Source of the DNA: Gnetum montanum
Taxonomy: Eukaryota; Plantae; Gnetophyta
NCBI GenBank assembly: GCA_015680685.1
Contig: MNCI01000838.1
Span: 74,855-138,854, forward strand
Length of the DNA: 64,000 nucleotides
Direction of reading: 5' to 3'
Below the pieces are notes generated by a model that saw nothing but the letters and a program-made list of their open reading frames with translations, ran no database searches and was not told the DNA's origin. Shown piece after piece: positions 10,710 through 23,576 of the stretch; within the stretch, counting starts at the first letter, position 1; each line of letters starts with the position of its first letter. Made by a program: the position numbers and the translations under genes.

Positions 10710-13700
10710 ATGAAAATCTATCATGACCTCTCTACATCTTTAGCCTTAGTAGGTCCACATGGTAAGCTTGCAAGATAATTGAACCCAGACCTAATCAACT
10801 AGGAGTCAACCACAGCTAGCACCATAGCATCCTTAGAAACATCCCCATACTAGCCCAAGTATCTGGTCCGAACTCTAGATTTAGAGGCCAAGGATGTAAC
10901 CGAGGACCCTCTCATCAAGATGCATGTGACCACATCAAAAGGGGAAGTAAAAACCTTAAAACTTAGTTCCCTCTTAGATGCGAAGACATACAAATATGTA
11001 GCAAAAATTCTACAAGACAACATTAAAGTCTTCGCATGGTCATACAACAACATCCCGAGTTTGGATCCGAGGTTGATACAGCACATCATTGTCTTAGACC
11101 CGCACATGAAGGCAGTCAAGTAGAAGGCCTACAAGGTTAAGCTAGAAATTACACTATCCATAAGGGATGAAATCACCAAGCTATACCAAGCTAGTTTCAT
11201 CTGTGCAGTTGATTATTCGGAATGGGTTTCCAACATTGTTATGGTTTCTAAGAAAACAGGAGGAATACAGATCTGTATAGACTTCCAAGATTTGAACAAA
11301 GCAACGATCAAGGATAATTTCCAACTTCTAAGCATTGATCAACTCATCAATACTATAATAGGTCATGCTCTATTATCCTTCATGGATGGTTTCTCTAGCT
11401 ACAACCAAATTCGCATTAGCCTAGAGCACCAGCTAACAACAACCTTCATGACCCCATGGGGTACCTTTTGTTACACCATGATGCCTTTCGGGCTCAAGAA
11501 TGCTGGAGAAACCTACCAATGAGCCATGACTTACATCTTCAGTGACTACATCCTAGAAATGCTAAATGACTACGTGGATGATATAACGGTCAAGTCCAAA
11601 GAAGCTGCTGATCACCCACGTGATCTAGGGGTAGTCCTCAAGTATTTTCAAATGCATGATTTGTGCCTCAATCCTAAGAAGTGTGTCTTTGGGGAGAAAA
11701 TAGGACGCATGTTAGGGTTTGTAGTATCGGAGGCTGAAATACGTGTGGATCCTGACAAAGTTAAGGCCATCATCAACCTAGCACCTCCTATGAACCTTAA
11801 GAAAGTGCGCAGTTTGCAAGGTAGGGTACAATTCATTCAAAGGTTTATTGCAAAGTTAATTGACAAGTTACACCCCATGCAACATATTCTAAAGAAAGGG
11901 GTTAACTTTGAATGGACAACTCAATGTCAACAAGCCTTTGATGACTTGAAGGAAGAGCTTTCACACCTCCCAACTATGCACCCGCCACAAAGGGATAAGC
12001 CTTTCTTCATCTACCTTACCACCTCTGACACATCTATCATAGCACTGCTATGTTAGAAAAAAGATGATGGATCTGAGATACTAGTATATTATCTAAGTCA
12101 TGCATTAATAGTGCACGAGGAATTCCCTTGCCTTAGTGTTTGCACTGAAAAATGGAGGCATTACCTATTTTGTAGTACAATCAATATTATTTGCAAAAGC
12201 AACATACTCTGGGCTATCATCAAAAACCTGTATGAAAGTAGCAGGATAGCTAGATGGAAAGCAATAACCACAGAGTTTGACTTACACTATGTGAGCTAGT
12301 CATTAATGAAGGGTCAGGCCATAGCAATGCAACTTACGGCCTCACCCATCGATGACTAAGCAACCATAGATCTTGAATTTCCAGACAAGCACGTTAGCAC
12401 TATTAATGACATCCCATCGCATCTCAAAGCTATCTTGCACTTCGATGGCATCTCGACCGCATGGGGAGGTAGTGCAACTACCATCATTATGTTCCCCTTT
12501 GGGGAAATGCACCTGTTTTCTTATCGTTTTATGTTCCCCTGTACGAACAACGTGGCAGAGTATGAGGGGCTACTCAGAGGCCTCTCAGCTGCCCAAACAT
12601 TACGCATACAACACATGGCGATTTGTGGAGATTCATAACTAGTTATGAATCAAATGACCGGGGTTCACACTTGCAAAGCTATGTAGCTACAACCCTATTG
12701 TGATCTAGTAAAGAGCTTGCTCAAATAGTTTGTAACTACAGATGTGCAACATGTGCCATGCAATGAAAACACAATAGCAAATTCCTTAGCCACCCTAGAA
12801 TTAAGCATCCCACCACACTCGTTTGCAAATTTTCCTACCTCGATTGTCGAATGTACTGGGCCTATCACTCAGGTAGGACACGTGGCCTCTATCAATGCTG
12901 CAGACACCCAGGAATGGTACGCCAACATTAAAGCCTACTTGCAACATGGAAAACCCCCAGGAGGATTGACATCTGGACAAAGAGATGCGATCTTAAATCA
13001 TGCCCAACAATATATGCTCATGGGAGATAACACCATGTGCAGACACTCCTATGAAGGGATAGTGTTGGCATGCATGGGTGGGGAGCAGGTGTAAAAGGTA
13101 GTTAATGAAGTGCATGAGAGACTATGCGGCAGACACATAGCACCTAGGGCTATGGCCAAGAAAATCAGATGCCTAGGGTACTATTGGTCCCACATGGAGC
13201 GTGACTACCTATTGAAAGTCAAGATGTGCAACACATGCCAAAGGCATGCAAACCTCTTACACGTTGCACCTACGAAGCTGCACCCAATGCAGATCACATG
13301 GACTTTCCAGTGATGGGGACAAGACATCATAGGACCTATCACATCTAAGTCCTCTGTAGGGAATAGCTTCATCATCATCACCACTGAGTACTTTACCAAA
13401 TGGGTGGAAGCTATTTTCCTAAGGAAGAAGACATCCCAACAGGTTTGCCACTTCATCCTGGATAACATTGTAATGAGGTTTGGGCTTTTGATGACTATTG
13501 TAACCGACAATGGGCCACAATTCAGTAGTATGGAAACTTGAACCTTATGCAGCAATCTTGGCATCAGGAAATCATTCTCCTCCCCATATTATCGGTAGGT
13601 GAATGGGCAGGCGGAGGCTACAAATAAGACCATCATCAACTTGCTGAAGAGAATGCTCAACAACAGCAAGAGGCGGTGTCATGAGAAAATCTTCTATGTT

Positions 13701-13782
13701 CTATGGGCCTATAGGACAACATGTAGAACTGTGATGAGTAAGACTCCTTACAGTCTTATTTATGGATCTGAAGTTTTGTTGC
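10710..13782 (+). pseudogene. pol: pol of element A: RT, RNase H, additional RNase H, integrase (truncated)
   Basis: SFMDGFSSYNQI, MPFGLKNAG, YVDD; FEWT..CQQAF; HERLCGRH..C..CQ; TDNGPQF, NGQAEATNK. Confidence 0.95.
12435..12810 (+). pseudogene. Additional (archaeal/plant-type) RNase H domain between RH and INT
   Basis: HFDG...CTNNVAEYEGL...GDS...HVP.NEN..A.SLA, the diagnostic aRH of Tat-clade elements. Confidence 0.9.
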
Positions 13783-15366
13783 TATAGCAAACGAAAATGT
13801 CAGTGGCTAAAAAACACCGAGGGGTCAGCAGCCACAACAGTCTTAACCCTATACTTGTAGAAGGGCCATGCTAGATGGAGCAGATACAGGATGCCTTGAA
13901 TGGTCTGGTTGATTAGAAAAGGACCTAGTCGATGTCTATGTAGCCTTTTGCAATGTGTGGTTTGAAAGCGAAAATGAAAGCGTGAAGTAATGCTTCAATG
14001 CAACTAAAACAGAGAATAGTGTAAAATGTAGAAATAGTAGGAAACAAAGTGAAATGTAGTTAGAAAAATGCATTGCCCTGAAGCTACAAGTTTGCTCTAT
14101 CAAGCTGGATACAGTCAATTGCACAGCATTACAGAGTGTAGAGATCCCGAGAGTAACCAAGATATGTAGAGAAAAGATGGTTGTGCACTTGGGTGCAAAC
14201 TCAGGAGCTGACAATGTGAAAATTATACCAACGTGGTAGAAAGGGGGCAAAACAAAATGCTAGCTAAGAATGCTAACTGTTTACAATGTCAAATAGAAAG
14301 CTGACAGTGCTCAATGTTACAATGCTAACTTTCTCATTTGTTACAGAATGTCCAAGACCAAACCCTTGAGCATTGCTGATCAGGATATTTATAGGGCTAA
14401 GGACATGTGAAAGGGGTGGTTTGGATGCCACATGCCTTGGGCTGATGTTGACTTGTCTGTGCTGCACATGCCTGCATGACTGCTAGGTCTGCATGACTAT
14501 TGTAATGCAAGCCTGCCATGCCATAACTATGAGCCTAGCATGTTGTAATTACACTGTCAACATCTAGAGACGTGTGTTAATGGTCTAATTAGGTGAAGTG
14601 CATTGATGTTTCACAACCACCTACATGCTTTCCTATGCTTTGTAGTGTAGCATGTTTGGCGTAGCATAACATCTTGTCACATGTTCTGCTATATGTGGGC
14701 TGTATGTTTGCTACACTATGCTATGCTACATGGTGTAGTGTAGTGTAGTGACTGACCTTAGTCACAAAAAATTTTCCAATCTGCAAACTTTTCTCCCTGC
14801 ATTGCAAAAAAATTTCCAATCTTGCCCTTTGAATCACCTTCTGTCACCTCCGCAGAATTGCTACCCCTCACTACACCATGTAGCTCAACGTAGCATAGCA
14901 GTAGACATGGTCCGCTTCTTTCTGACGGAAAGAGACACTGCTGAAGGACTTGCAGTCAGGTAAGAGGACCAACTGTGTAGCTTTTGTTACACTATGCTAT
15001 GTTGCATAGCACAACATAGCGTAGCACTTGGTTCTACAATTGTTTTCTGAAGCTTGCTATGCTACATAGCGAGGTGTAGCATAGTGTAGCAGACTTCGTG
15101 ACTTAAAAAACTTGCCGAACTGTTTTGTGCATCCTAAGAACTATTGTCAACTTTGTGTGTTGCTTTTGAGCAGGCTATCAACTGGGCATACTACTTGGGT
15201 GGACAGGTAGGATGATCCGTAGAGCCTATTTACACCTAAAGTAGAAAATTTGCTGAACTGGCCAACCTAAATTTAGAGTGTTCTCCTCCCAAAGAACTAT
15301 CGTAGCACTATGTGAATTTCAAGGCCTGGTGAAGTAAGAATGCCTTTAAATTTTTGGGGTGTTTCA
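13783..15366 (-). mobile_element. 3' LTR of element H inserted into the integrase of A
   Basis: Minus strand begins TGAAACACC; homologous to LTRs at 23577-25085, 38636-40223 and 40224-41866; TATAAATA near 14385-14392; the A INT reading stops at YGSEVLL. Confidence 0.88.
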
Positions 15367-15380
15367 TTTTCCCCTCTTTG
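15367..15380 (-). other. Polypurine tract of element H
   Basis: Minus strand aaagaggggaaaa directly precedes the LTR start; the flank resembles 22320-22377, which precedes the G 3' LTR. Confidence 0.75.
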
Positions 15381-15423
15381 TCGATGTTTGGAGAATGGGC
15401 TTGATAGATGTTGATAAAGAATA

Positions 15424-15551
15424 TGAAACACCACAAAACAAAAAATGCTAAGATTTTTGCTTGGTGAGTGTCAAGATGTCGCTTGGCTACACTTGAGTGT
15501 TGCATTAGAGTGAGAAGGTGAAGTAGGAAGGAAGGAGGCATAGGAGAAGGG
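15424..15551 (+). mobile_element. First ~128 nt of an LTR (element I), interrupted by element B
   Basis: Starts TGAAACACCACAAAA like the other LTRs and interrupts the 3' internal region of H. Confidence 0.65.
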
Positions 15552-15608
15552 TGTAGTGATCAAAAATGTTGGTGGCTAGAAAACACCGAGGGGTTGGTGG
15601 ATACAGGG

Positions 15609-16793
15609 TGAAACACCACAAAAATTTTGAGCTTGGTACTTGTCTGACAAGAAGTAGGTCCCTGGGACCCACGGACAACCATGGCTACATTTGGTGTCGC
15701 ACATTGCAACTTTGGGGATCAAAATGCTTAATTTTCACTAAGTATGCAGTACTAGCATATACACCCAGTGTATATGCCCAGCATCCATAGCATATACACC
15801 TGACATCAACAGCGTATACGCCCAGCGTATACATCCAGCGTAGACATCCAACTTACACACCTGACGTACACTTCACATGTACGCTCGGTGGTACGACCAA
15901 TGTTTATGCCTGACATGGAATCTTCAAAGACAGAATGAACATAGCACCGAAGAGCAAGAATTGAAGCAAGTCGGCAACCATCAGTGTATACGCCTGGTGT
16001 ATACGCCCAGCCATTATCGGCGTATACGCTCAGCGTGTATGCCCAACGTCCACAGCATCTACGCCCAGCATATCCAGCGTATACGCCCAGAGTCTACACC
16101 CACCTGATACAGCGTATACGCTCAGCAGATGTAATATGTTGTACACTTGTAAATTTTATGCCCTTTTTGCACCCGATCAACATCCACATGTGGCCCAACC
16201 CGAGTCTAGCGTAACAACCGATATAAAAACCTCACTTTTCCACTTGTACCAGGATGGTTGGCAAAAATCCCAGAGCATACCAGAGAACATTTACGTTGCA
16301 CACCAGAGCTAAAACCCTTTTACGCTGGATAGTCCTGTACACTGGGCACACAGTCTTTAAGCTCTGCCTACAGTCCGAAATAGCCGAGTCATCCCTGCAT
16401 CCATCAGGGCTTTTCATCCACCTTGTGTTCCATCACAACTACGTTAGACCGGTGCACTGTACTTTCATTCTATAATATCATTGTTTACAGTTTACGCTGA
16501 TTTCTTACATGTGTTCTATTTACGCTCGTTTACATTTATGCCCTGTTCACATCTGTTACGCTGTTTACGCTCTCGTTTATGCCCCTTATGTCGTTTACGC
16601 ATAACCCAGCATATAGCACTTCGGTGTACATTCGGGGAAATCCTTGTCTGATCTGCGTGTGGACCACCCAAGGTACTCTACCTTCGTCTATTCCAGCTCA
16701 TCCTCAAGCGAAGGTAGGGTCTTCCGTGCGTGTCCCGTGGTCCATCGATCTCTGTTTCCTTCTAGCTAGAGACTGACGATTTCGGTCGGTACA
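15609..16793 (+). repeat. 5' LTR of element G
   Basis: TGAAACACC...GGTACA; direct repeat of 22378-23576. Confidence 0.95.
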
Positions 16794-16798
16794 GAAAA

Positions 16799-16815
16799 TG
16801 GCGCTAGAAGGAGGG
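16799..16815 (+). other. Primer binding site (tRNA-Asn) of G
   Basis: TGGCGCTAGAAGGAGGG is complementary to the 3' end of plant tRNA-Asn(GUU) and lies 5 nt after the LTR. Confidence 0.9.
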
Positions 16816-16849
16816 CCTCTGCCTTAAACTAGTTGTGCTTCAGAGCTCT

Positions 16850-17160
16850 CAGCGTCTATGCTATTGAATACACGTCAACCTTTTCCAAAAACCTCCCAGC
16901 GTTTACATTGTATAGTTTAAAACCTTACCTGCAAACTTTCCAGCATCTACGCTGCCCTGTTTAAAACTCACCATCTGCAAGTCTTCCAGCGTCTACGCTG
17001 TTAACCATGTTTCTAACTTTGTTTACAAATTCCCAGCATCTACGCTGCTACAGTGTTTTTACGCTACTATAGTGTCTTTACGCTGCTACAGTGATTTTAC
17101 GCTGCTATAGTGTTTTTACGCTACTAGAGTGTTTACGCTGCTACAGTACCGCTACAGTGT
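16850..17160 (+). repeat. Short tandem repeats in the leader of G
   Basis: cagcgtctacgctg units followed by ~20-nt tttacgctgctacagtg units. Confidence 0.85.
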
Positions 17161-17512
17161 TTTTCAACAAAAACACACAAAATGAGCCTGTTTCAAAGAC
17201 GAATTCGCTGCGATTCGCACCTACTTCAAACCGGTCTAAGTACTAACGGCCACCAACATGGATCACCCTATCCAAGGCATACAATACACACAACATAACA
17301 ATGCCAAGATGACTTCCTCTTACCCGAGATTGCCATCTGCGTACAAGTACGATTCATAATTTCATACTTAGCTAAATTTTCTCCCAGTTACGCTGTACAC
17401 TAGGACACTTAGAAAAATTTTTAGTTTCACACACCGGACACTCTGCACACTTAGCCCGAAACACACTCGACACTTGTTAGCTAGCTCATACATTGCCCCG
17501 TCACACATCCCC

Positions 17513-20500
17513 ATGGAGTCATCCCCGACCTCTAATGCACACACCTTCGTAATCCCCACACAAGAATAGTATAACTACATCTGTGTGAAGATTCAAGCCA
17601 ACCTTCCTCTTGACACAATAGAACAAGAGGCAAAATGAAACTTTGAGCACATATACATGGGAGGTCACGAATTCGTCCCCTCTATATATAACATCATCCC
17701 CCTTTCTAAACCTCAGCATAAACTCATCTCCCAGCTCCTTCTAGCAAGGAGCCAAAACTCACAGTGACCCACTGAGGAGCCCCAAAACCAACATGATATA
17801 GGTGACTTTGAGGCACAATCCGAACCTGAGGATTCGTACCACACCCTCAGCCCCCATGCCTACGTAAACCCATCACTCCATCCTCGCATGGGATAGACGA
17901 CCACTCACCAAGTCTCAATGAGCACACAAGCACTAGTACCCCAACAAAGATTTCCCACCCCCATCTCCACCTAGTACATACCTCCCATGCAAACACATGG
18001 GGCCACTTTTACTACATCGGCCTCGCACATCTAGGGTGTCACTCCATAGTTTGTGGCTAGGCAAGGAACCATACCCCTTGTTCAACAACCCACTCACTTC
18101 AACGTGCCACACCCCACAACCACAACTCTGAACATCGCTTCACAGCAACAAATTACAACCCAACAACCTCCCCAACCAACTAATCTTCCTACTGCTCAAG
18201 AGTGGGAAGAAGCAAAATAGATGATGCAAGCATTAGTGGATGAGGTAAAGCAACTCAAAGCTGACAACACTGAACAAGTTAAAGTATTGGATTTCTACCG
18301 CGACGATCCAATTAGCTCTTCAATGCCACCGTTAGCTTTACCCAAGGGAATCACACTACCCCAGTTAACCAAGTACAATGGGAAGGGAGATCCAAATTCT
18401 TACTTAGTCACATTTTGATCAGAAACTCTATTGCTTCAAGCTTGGCCCCACGCAATCTTGCGAGTGTTCGCTATGTCCTTAACGAGCGTAGCCTTAGACT
18501 GGTACCGAGCCTTGCCTCATAACTCCATATCCTCTCTGGAGGATCTGTTACATCAGTTCGTTACCNCTTTATTAAGTTAAAACTATACTACCTAAGCGCT
18601 CAAACATTGAGCCAAGCATTCACATAGATCAAGAACATTGAACAAGCTGCGCAAACCAGCAATGACCCTGCCTATGTGGCTTACAAGAACCAACATGTTT
18701 CCGAACAAAAGGCAATAACAGAAACTATGGCCATAAGCACAAAAGCAACTAACACTAGTACCAACCCACCTGCAATAACAGGGGCCACCTTAAGGTCCAG
18801 TTTTCAACGCAAGGATCGCTCTAAGTACACATCGCTACCTGCGCAACCTTCGGAACTACTAGAGCAACTCCTTAAAGCCAGGCAAATCCAATACAAACAC
18901 GTAGCAGAGAATGCTCGCCGTCAATATGACAGGTACTGCGAGTTACTGCGGAACCCCACCTTAGCAGCACCAAATGAGCCCCCGGTTCCACGACATTTCA
19001 AGTTAGACCAATTCTGCCATTACCACTAGATGTCTGGTCACAATACCGACACCTGTCGTGCGTTAAAGGATGATCTACAAGCAATGATAGAATGGGGCCA
19101 ACTAAACATCAACACCCTAAATCACCCCAACACAAACAATGCCTCCTATGTCATAAAATCCATTGGCATAGATAAACCTGTGCAGCAACCTTTTGTAATT
19201 CGTGTGCCTCCCAGCAAGGCAACAATCCCCTCCACCTCCACGAGCAAGAGACCTCCCATCATCACCAAGGTGCCACCTAGAGCACTGATGACACCTTTTG
19301 TGTTCAAGGTACCACCACCTCACACGTCTGCTAAGATGTTAAACTGGCAAGATTCAATGCCACCTAGAGCACTGACGACACCTTTGTGGTCAAAGTACAA
19401 CCACAGATGTCCGCTAAGACATTAAACTGGCACAATTCAGCAACGACAACCACAAAGAAACCTTTCATCATCAAAGTGCCACAATAGGCTAGTCAAACAA
19501 CAACAACACCTCCTAAACTCCCATTTATCATAAAAGTGCCACCACGCGATAGCCCCTCACTTACCCTGAGCCCAACTGTAGGAAACATCTCAACCTCTCC
19601 TCCCTCAAGAGCTAACCTTGCCAACAACATGGATAAGCCTACCAGATGGCAGCAAAAGAGGACAAATGAACATCGAACAATACCCACAGCTGAAACAAAG
19701 GACACACCTAATATACAACAACTAAACATTTGGGGCCCTATCCCTAATCCCAAACAAACTAGGCCCAAGCCCTCAACCCATACAGAGGCAACCAACACAA
19801 CAGCAGACAACATAGACTTTGTAGCTACATTGGCCCAGGTGAAACAAATGCTCAAACAAAAGGACACAACTATGAGCTTGTACGATTTGGTCATGACATC
19901 ATCGGCTCATCACAAAGCCTTAGCACAAACATTAACATCCATTCCTATTATAGAGGACTTCCCCGCTAACATGGAATCTATCCGTGCAACGATTTCACAA
20001 CACACACCACAAGGATTGGGTTCAAACACCTTAGCCTTTCGTGATGATGTAGTTAAACGTAACCCTGAATGAGGGGAATTCACAATAGCTCCATTATCAA
20101 TTAGTGTACGTGTTGGCCAATGTACCATTCATAGAGTGCACGTTGATGATGGTGCGGTAACAAATGTAGTTCTATACTCCGTCATCGACAAACTAGGCAT
20201 GGCAGATGAGATCATGCCAACAGAAACCATGTGTTTAAAATCTTTCAATGGATCATGTATTACAGTTAAGGGCATAATCAACTTAGCCTTTGTGGCAGGA
20301 GAACAATTCCCCACCAACACAGAATGCACAGTCATAGAAGAGATTCCTAGTTTCAACATGATTCTTGGTAGACCTTGGCTAGCACAAAAACGAGCCGTTT
20401 CCTCACCGATACATCAAGAAATCCACCTTTCATACGAAGGTGGAAAAGTCATTATACATGGCAATAACACTCCCTTTCAAGCTAACCACAACATAGACAT

Positions 20501-20789
20501 GTCACAGGTCTTGAGAGAGGGGCCTCTTGAAGAAACACCCACAACAACAAACATAACACCTAGAACTAAAATTCCCGAACAAGGGGTAAAAACTGAAAGC
20601 CTCCTAGAGCAAACTAGTGCGCCTCCTAGACCATGTATGACTAAGAAACAACCGCATAATCAAGACTCCCCTGTGGCCAAAGACACGTCTAACCGCCGCC
20701 CACTCCTCACCTTTGTTCGTTGTGCATACGTCACCTTAGTTTGCATTGTACTAGCTTACGCACTTGCATGTGGCCCGAAAAGGCCTTAA
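17513..20789 (+). pseudogene. gag: gag-protease ORF of G
   Basis: KYNGKGDPNSYL, FCHYH..SGHNTDTC, HVDDGAVTN...FNMILGRPWL; single n (gap) at 18566; start codon approximate. Confidence 0.88.
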
Positions 20790-20927
20790 ACTATTACCTT
20801 TTCACATTATTTTCTATTCACTTGTGCATTTCAATTCATGTTTTCAGTAGTGGCTATTTAACATTGTTTTCTCTAGTTTCTTTTGTTTACAGGATTGTAC
20901 GGACGCACATGCATGCATCCACCCTAA

Positions 20928-21200
20928 CAGTCCTGGTATCATGACTTAAAACTGATACCACAGAATGTCCTGGGGTCATGACGGTAAACCGACACCATAG
21001 AGCTCTGTCCGACATGACATTAAACTGTCACACTCATTCACTAGAGTCCGCTAAGACTATAAACTAGCTTGCCTCTTCATAGTCCGCCACGACTATAAAC
21101 TAGCATCATACCGTCCGCTACGACGATAAACTGGCAATGTCCAATGGGTTATGATGTAAAACTAACCCATGATAGTCTGCCAAGAATATAAACTAGCAAG
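20928..21200 (+). repeat. Array of gtc-N6-gac-..aaactag units after PR in G
   Basis: gtccgctaagactataaactag, gtccgccacgactataaactag, gtccgctacgacgataaactgg and further units. Confidence 0.85.
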
Positions 21201-22377
21201 ATCATTTATGGCACATTCATCTGCTACTGTAATTCATGACATTTCTTCATCAATGCCTGCTGCATCATTCATCACACCAACTCTAAAAACACTATTGCTA
21301 CTCATTTTGTTTGCCTTAAGTTTCACATGGTGCCTCCATTTGCATCAGTCACATTTCATGTCTAAAATGTTTGCTAACTTGTTCACTTGTGGTTTTCTTG
21401 TCTTCTTGGAGTTGTGTTTGTAGGATGACACCCAATAGTGCTCGTACACGGATACACTTCATCATGGTGACAAGGTGCCACATTGTTTCTGATGCATGCA
21501 ACTAGGTTAATCAATCTGTTCAAAAGTACATTATCCATTCCCAATACATTCTCCATTTCCCCAACACTCTTACTCCATTTCCTACCTGGTTACAGTTCCT
21601 AGATGGACCTAGTACACCCCAAAACTTTGAGCACACTGTTACACACTGCGACACTCTCAGGCAACTACAACACACAATATGGCACATGAGCATGAGTGCA
21701 AAATTGAAAGAAAGGTCTTGCCAAAAAATAGAAACAGAAAAAAAGAGACAAAAAAATGAAAAAATAAATAAAAAAGAACAAAAAAGAAAAATAAAGAAAG
21801 AGTAAAGAGCAAAGAGCAAAGAGCAAAATGAGCCATAAGACCCTTGGCACTTCCCATAAGCCTCAGGCGGGAAGGCAGTTGTCTTGGAAACAAACACTCA
21901 TGTCTCAAAAGCTCAAGTAACCTCTCATTGTGCAGCTTTGGCTCTCCACCAATAGGTTCTCTATAACACCAAACAAGGGGCATGCTCCTCCAGAGAACGC
22001 AACCCATCATCACATGGCCAACAAGTCCTCTTAAACACTAAACAAGAGTCTTGTTCCGCCAAAGGACGCACATCTCATGTCTTGATTCCGAGTCTGCTAA
22101 ATAATGGCTATTGACAAGGATCAGCATGACCCATATACACACCAGAGCATCCCCTTTACCATGCACAATCCCTTGATCAAGTCCCAATCCCCACAATTTC
22201 TATTTCCCTATTCAACTACAAACTTAATTTCCCCAATCCCATGTACTACTGAACACGGTGCGATGATATCTGACCAAGTGTCGAAGGATAATGCTACCAG
22301 GTTGCTTGTGGTGTTTTGTACTTCTTTGTCGATGCTTCTCGGGTTGATTCCTCCAAGCGTCAACAAAGAGGTGCCAA

Positions 22378-23576
22378 TGAAACACCACAAAAATTTTGAG
22401 CTTGGTACTTGTCCGACAAGAAGCAGGTCCCTGGGACCCACGGACAGCCACGGCTACATTTGGTGTTGCACATTGCAACTTTGGGGATCAAAATGCTTAA
22501 TTTACACTAAGTATGCAGTACCAGCGTATACGCCTAGCATCCACAGCGTCTACGCCCATCGCATACGCTTGACATCAATAGCGTATACGCCCAGTGTATA
22601 CGCCCAGCATAGACATCCAACTTACATGCCCGACGTACACTTCACATGTATGCTCGGTGGGTACGGCCAATGTTTACGCCTGACATGGAATCTCCAAAGA
22701 CAGAATGAAAACAGCACCGAAGAGCAAGAATTGAAGCAAGTCAATAACCATCAGCGTATACGCCTGGCGTATATGCCCAGCCATTGTCAGCGTATACGCT
22801 CAGTGTGTATGCCCAGCGTCCACAGCATCTACGCCCAGCATATCTAGCGTATACACCCAGAGTCTACGCCCACCTGATACAGCATATACGCTCAGCGTAT
22901 ACACTCAGCAGATGTAATATGTTATACACTTGTAAATTTTACACCCTTTTTGCACCTGGTCAACATCCACGTGTCGCCCAACCCGAGTCTAGTGTAACAA
23001 CTGGTATAGAAATCCCACTTTTCCACTTGTACCAGGACGGTTGGCAAAAATCCTAGAGCATACTAGAGAACATTTATCTTACGCACCAGAGCTAAAACCC
23101 TTTTACACTAGACAGTCTTGTATGCTGGGCACACAGTCTCTACACTCCGCCTACAGTCTGAAACAGCCGAGTCATCCCTACATCCACCGGGGCTTTTTGT
23201 CCGCCTTGTGTTCCATCACAACTGCGTTAGACCGGTGCACTATACTTTCATTCTATAATATCATTGTTTATAGTTTATGTTGATTTCTTACATGTGTTCT
23301 GTTTACGCTTGTTTACATTTACACCCTGTTCGCATCTGTTACGCTGTTTACGCTCTCGTTTATGCCCGTTACGCCATTTACGCATAACCCAGCGTATAGC
23401 ACTTTGGCATACGTTTGGGGAAATCCTTGTCTAATTCGTGTGTGGACCACCTAAGGTACTCTACCTTTGTGCATTCCAGCTCACCCTTAGATGAAGGTAG
23501 GGTCTTCTGTGCACGTCCTGCGATCCCATGATCTTTATTTCCTTCCAGCCGGAGACCGACAATTTCAGGCGGTACA
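22378..23576 (+). repeat. 3' LTR of element G
   Basis: Direct repeat of 15609-16793, preceded by a purine-rich tract. Confidence 0.95.

Larger units (their letters stand above)
831..13782 (+). mobile_element. Element A: internal region of a degenerate Tat-clade Ty3/Gypsy retrotransposon (leader, gag-PR, antisense cassette, RT-RH-aRH-INT), cut within INT by element H
   Basis: Colinear gag, PR, RT, RH, aRH and INT fragments; same layout as elements B and C. Confidence 0.92.
15609..23576 (+). mobile_element. Element G: complete ~8 kb non-autonomous LTR element (gag-PR only)
   Basis: Paired TG..CA LTRs, PBS, PPT-like tract, gag-PR and no RT/INT; degenerate target duplication caggg/ggggg. Confidence 0.92.

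Noticed and set aside
16799-16815. tRNA-like sequence
   Set aside because: Only the 17-nt complement of a tRNA 3' end (PBS), not a tRNA gene
18566-18566. Apparent gag deletion in G (and aRH deletion in D at 48783)
   Set aside because: Both coincide with a single n and are probably collapsed assembly gaps
21520-22013. Phe/Leu-rich ORFs suggesting a transmembrane env-like protein
   Set aside because: Produced by an A-rich low-complexity tract that is hydrophobic in all three frames
22104-22847. 247-aa ORF, the longest in the track
   Set aside because: It runs through the PPT and the repetitive G LTR; the 5' LTR copy is broken; no domain motif
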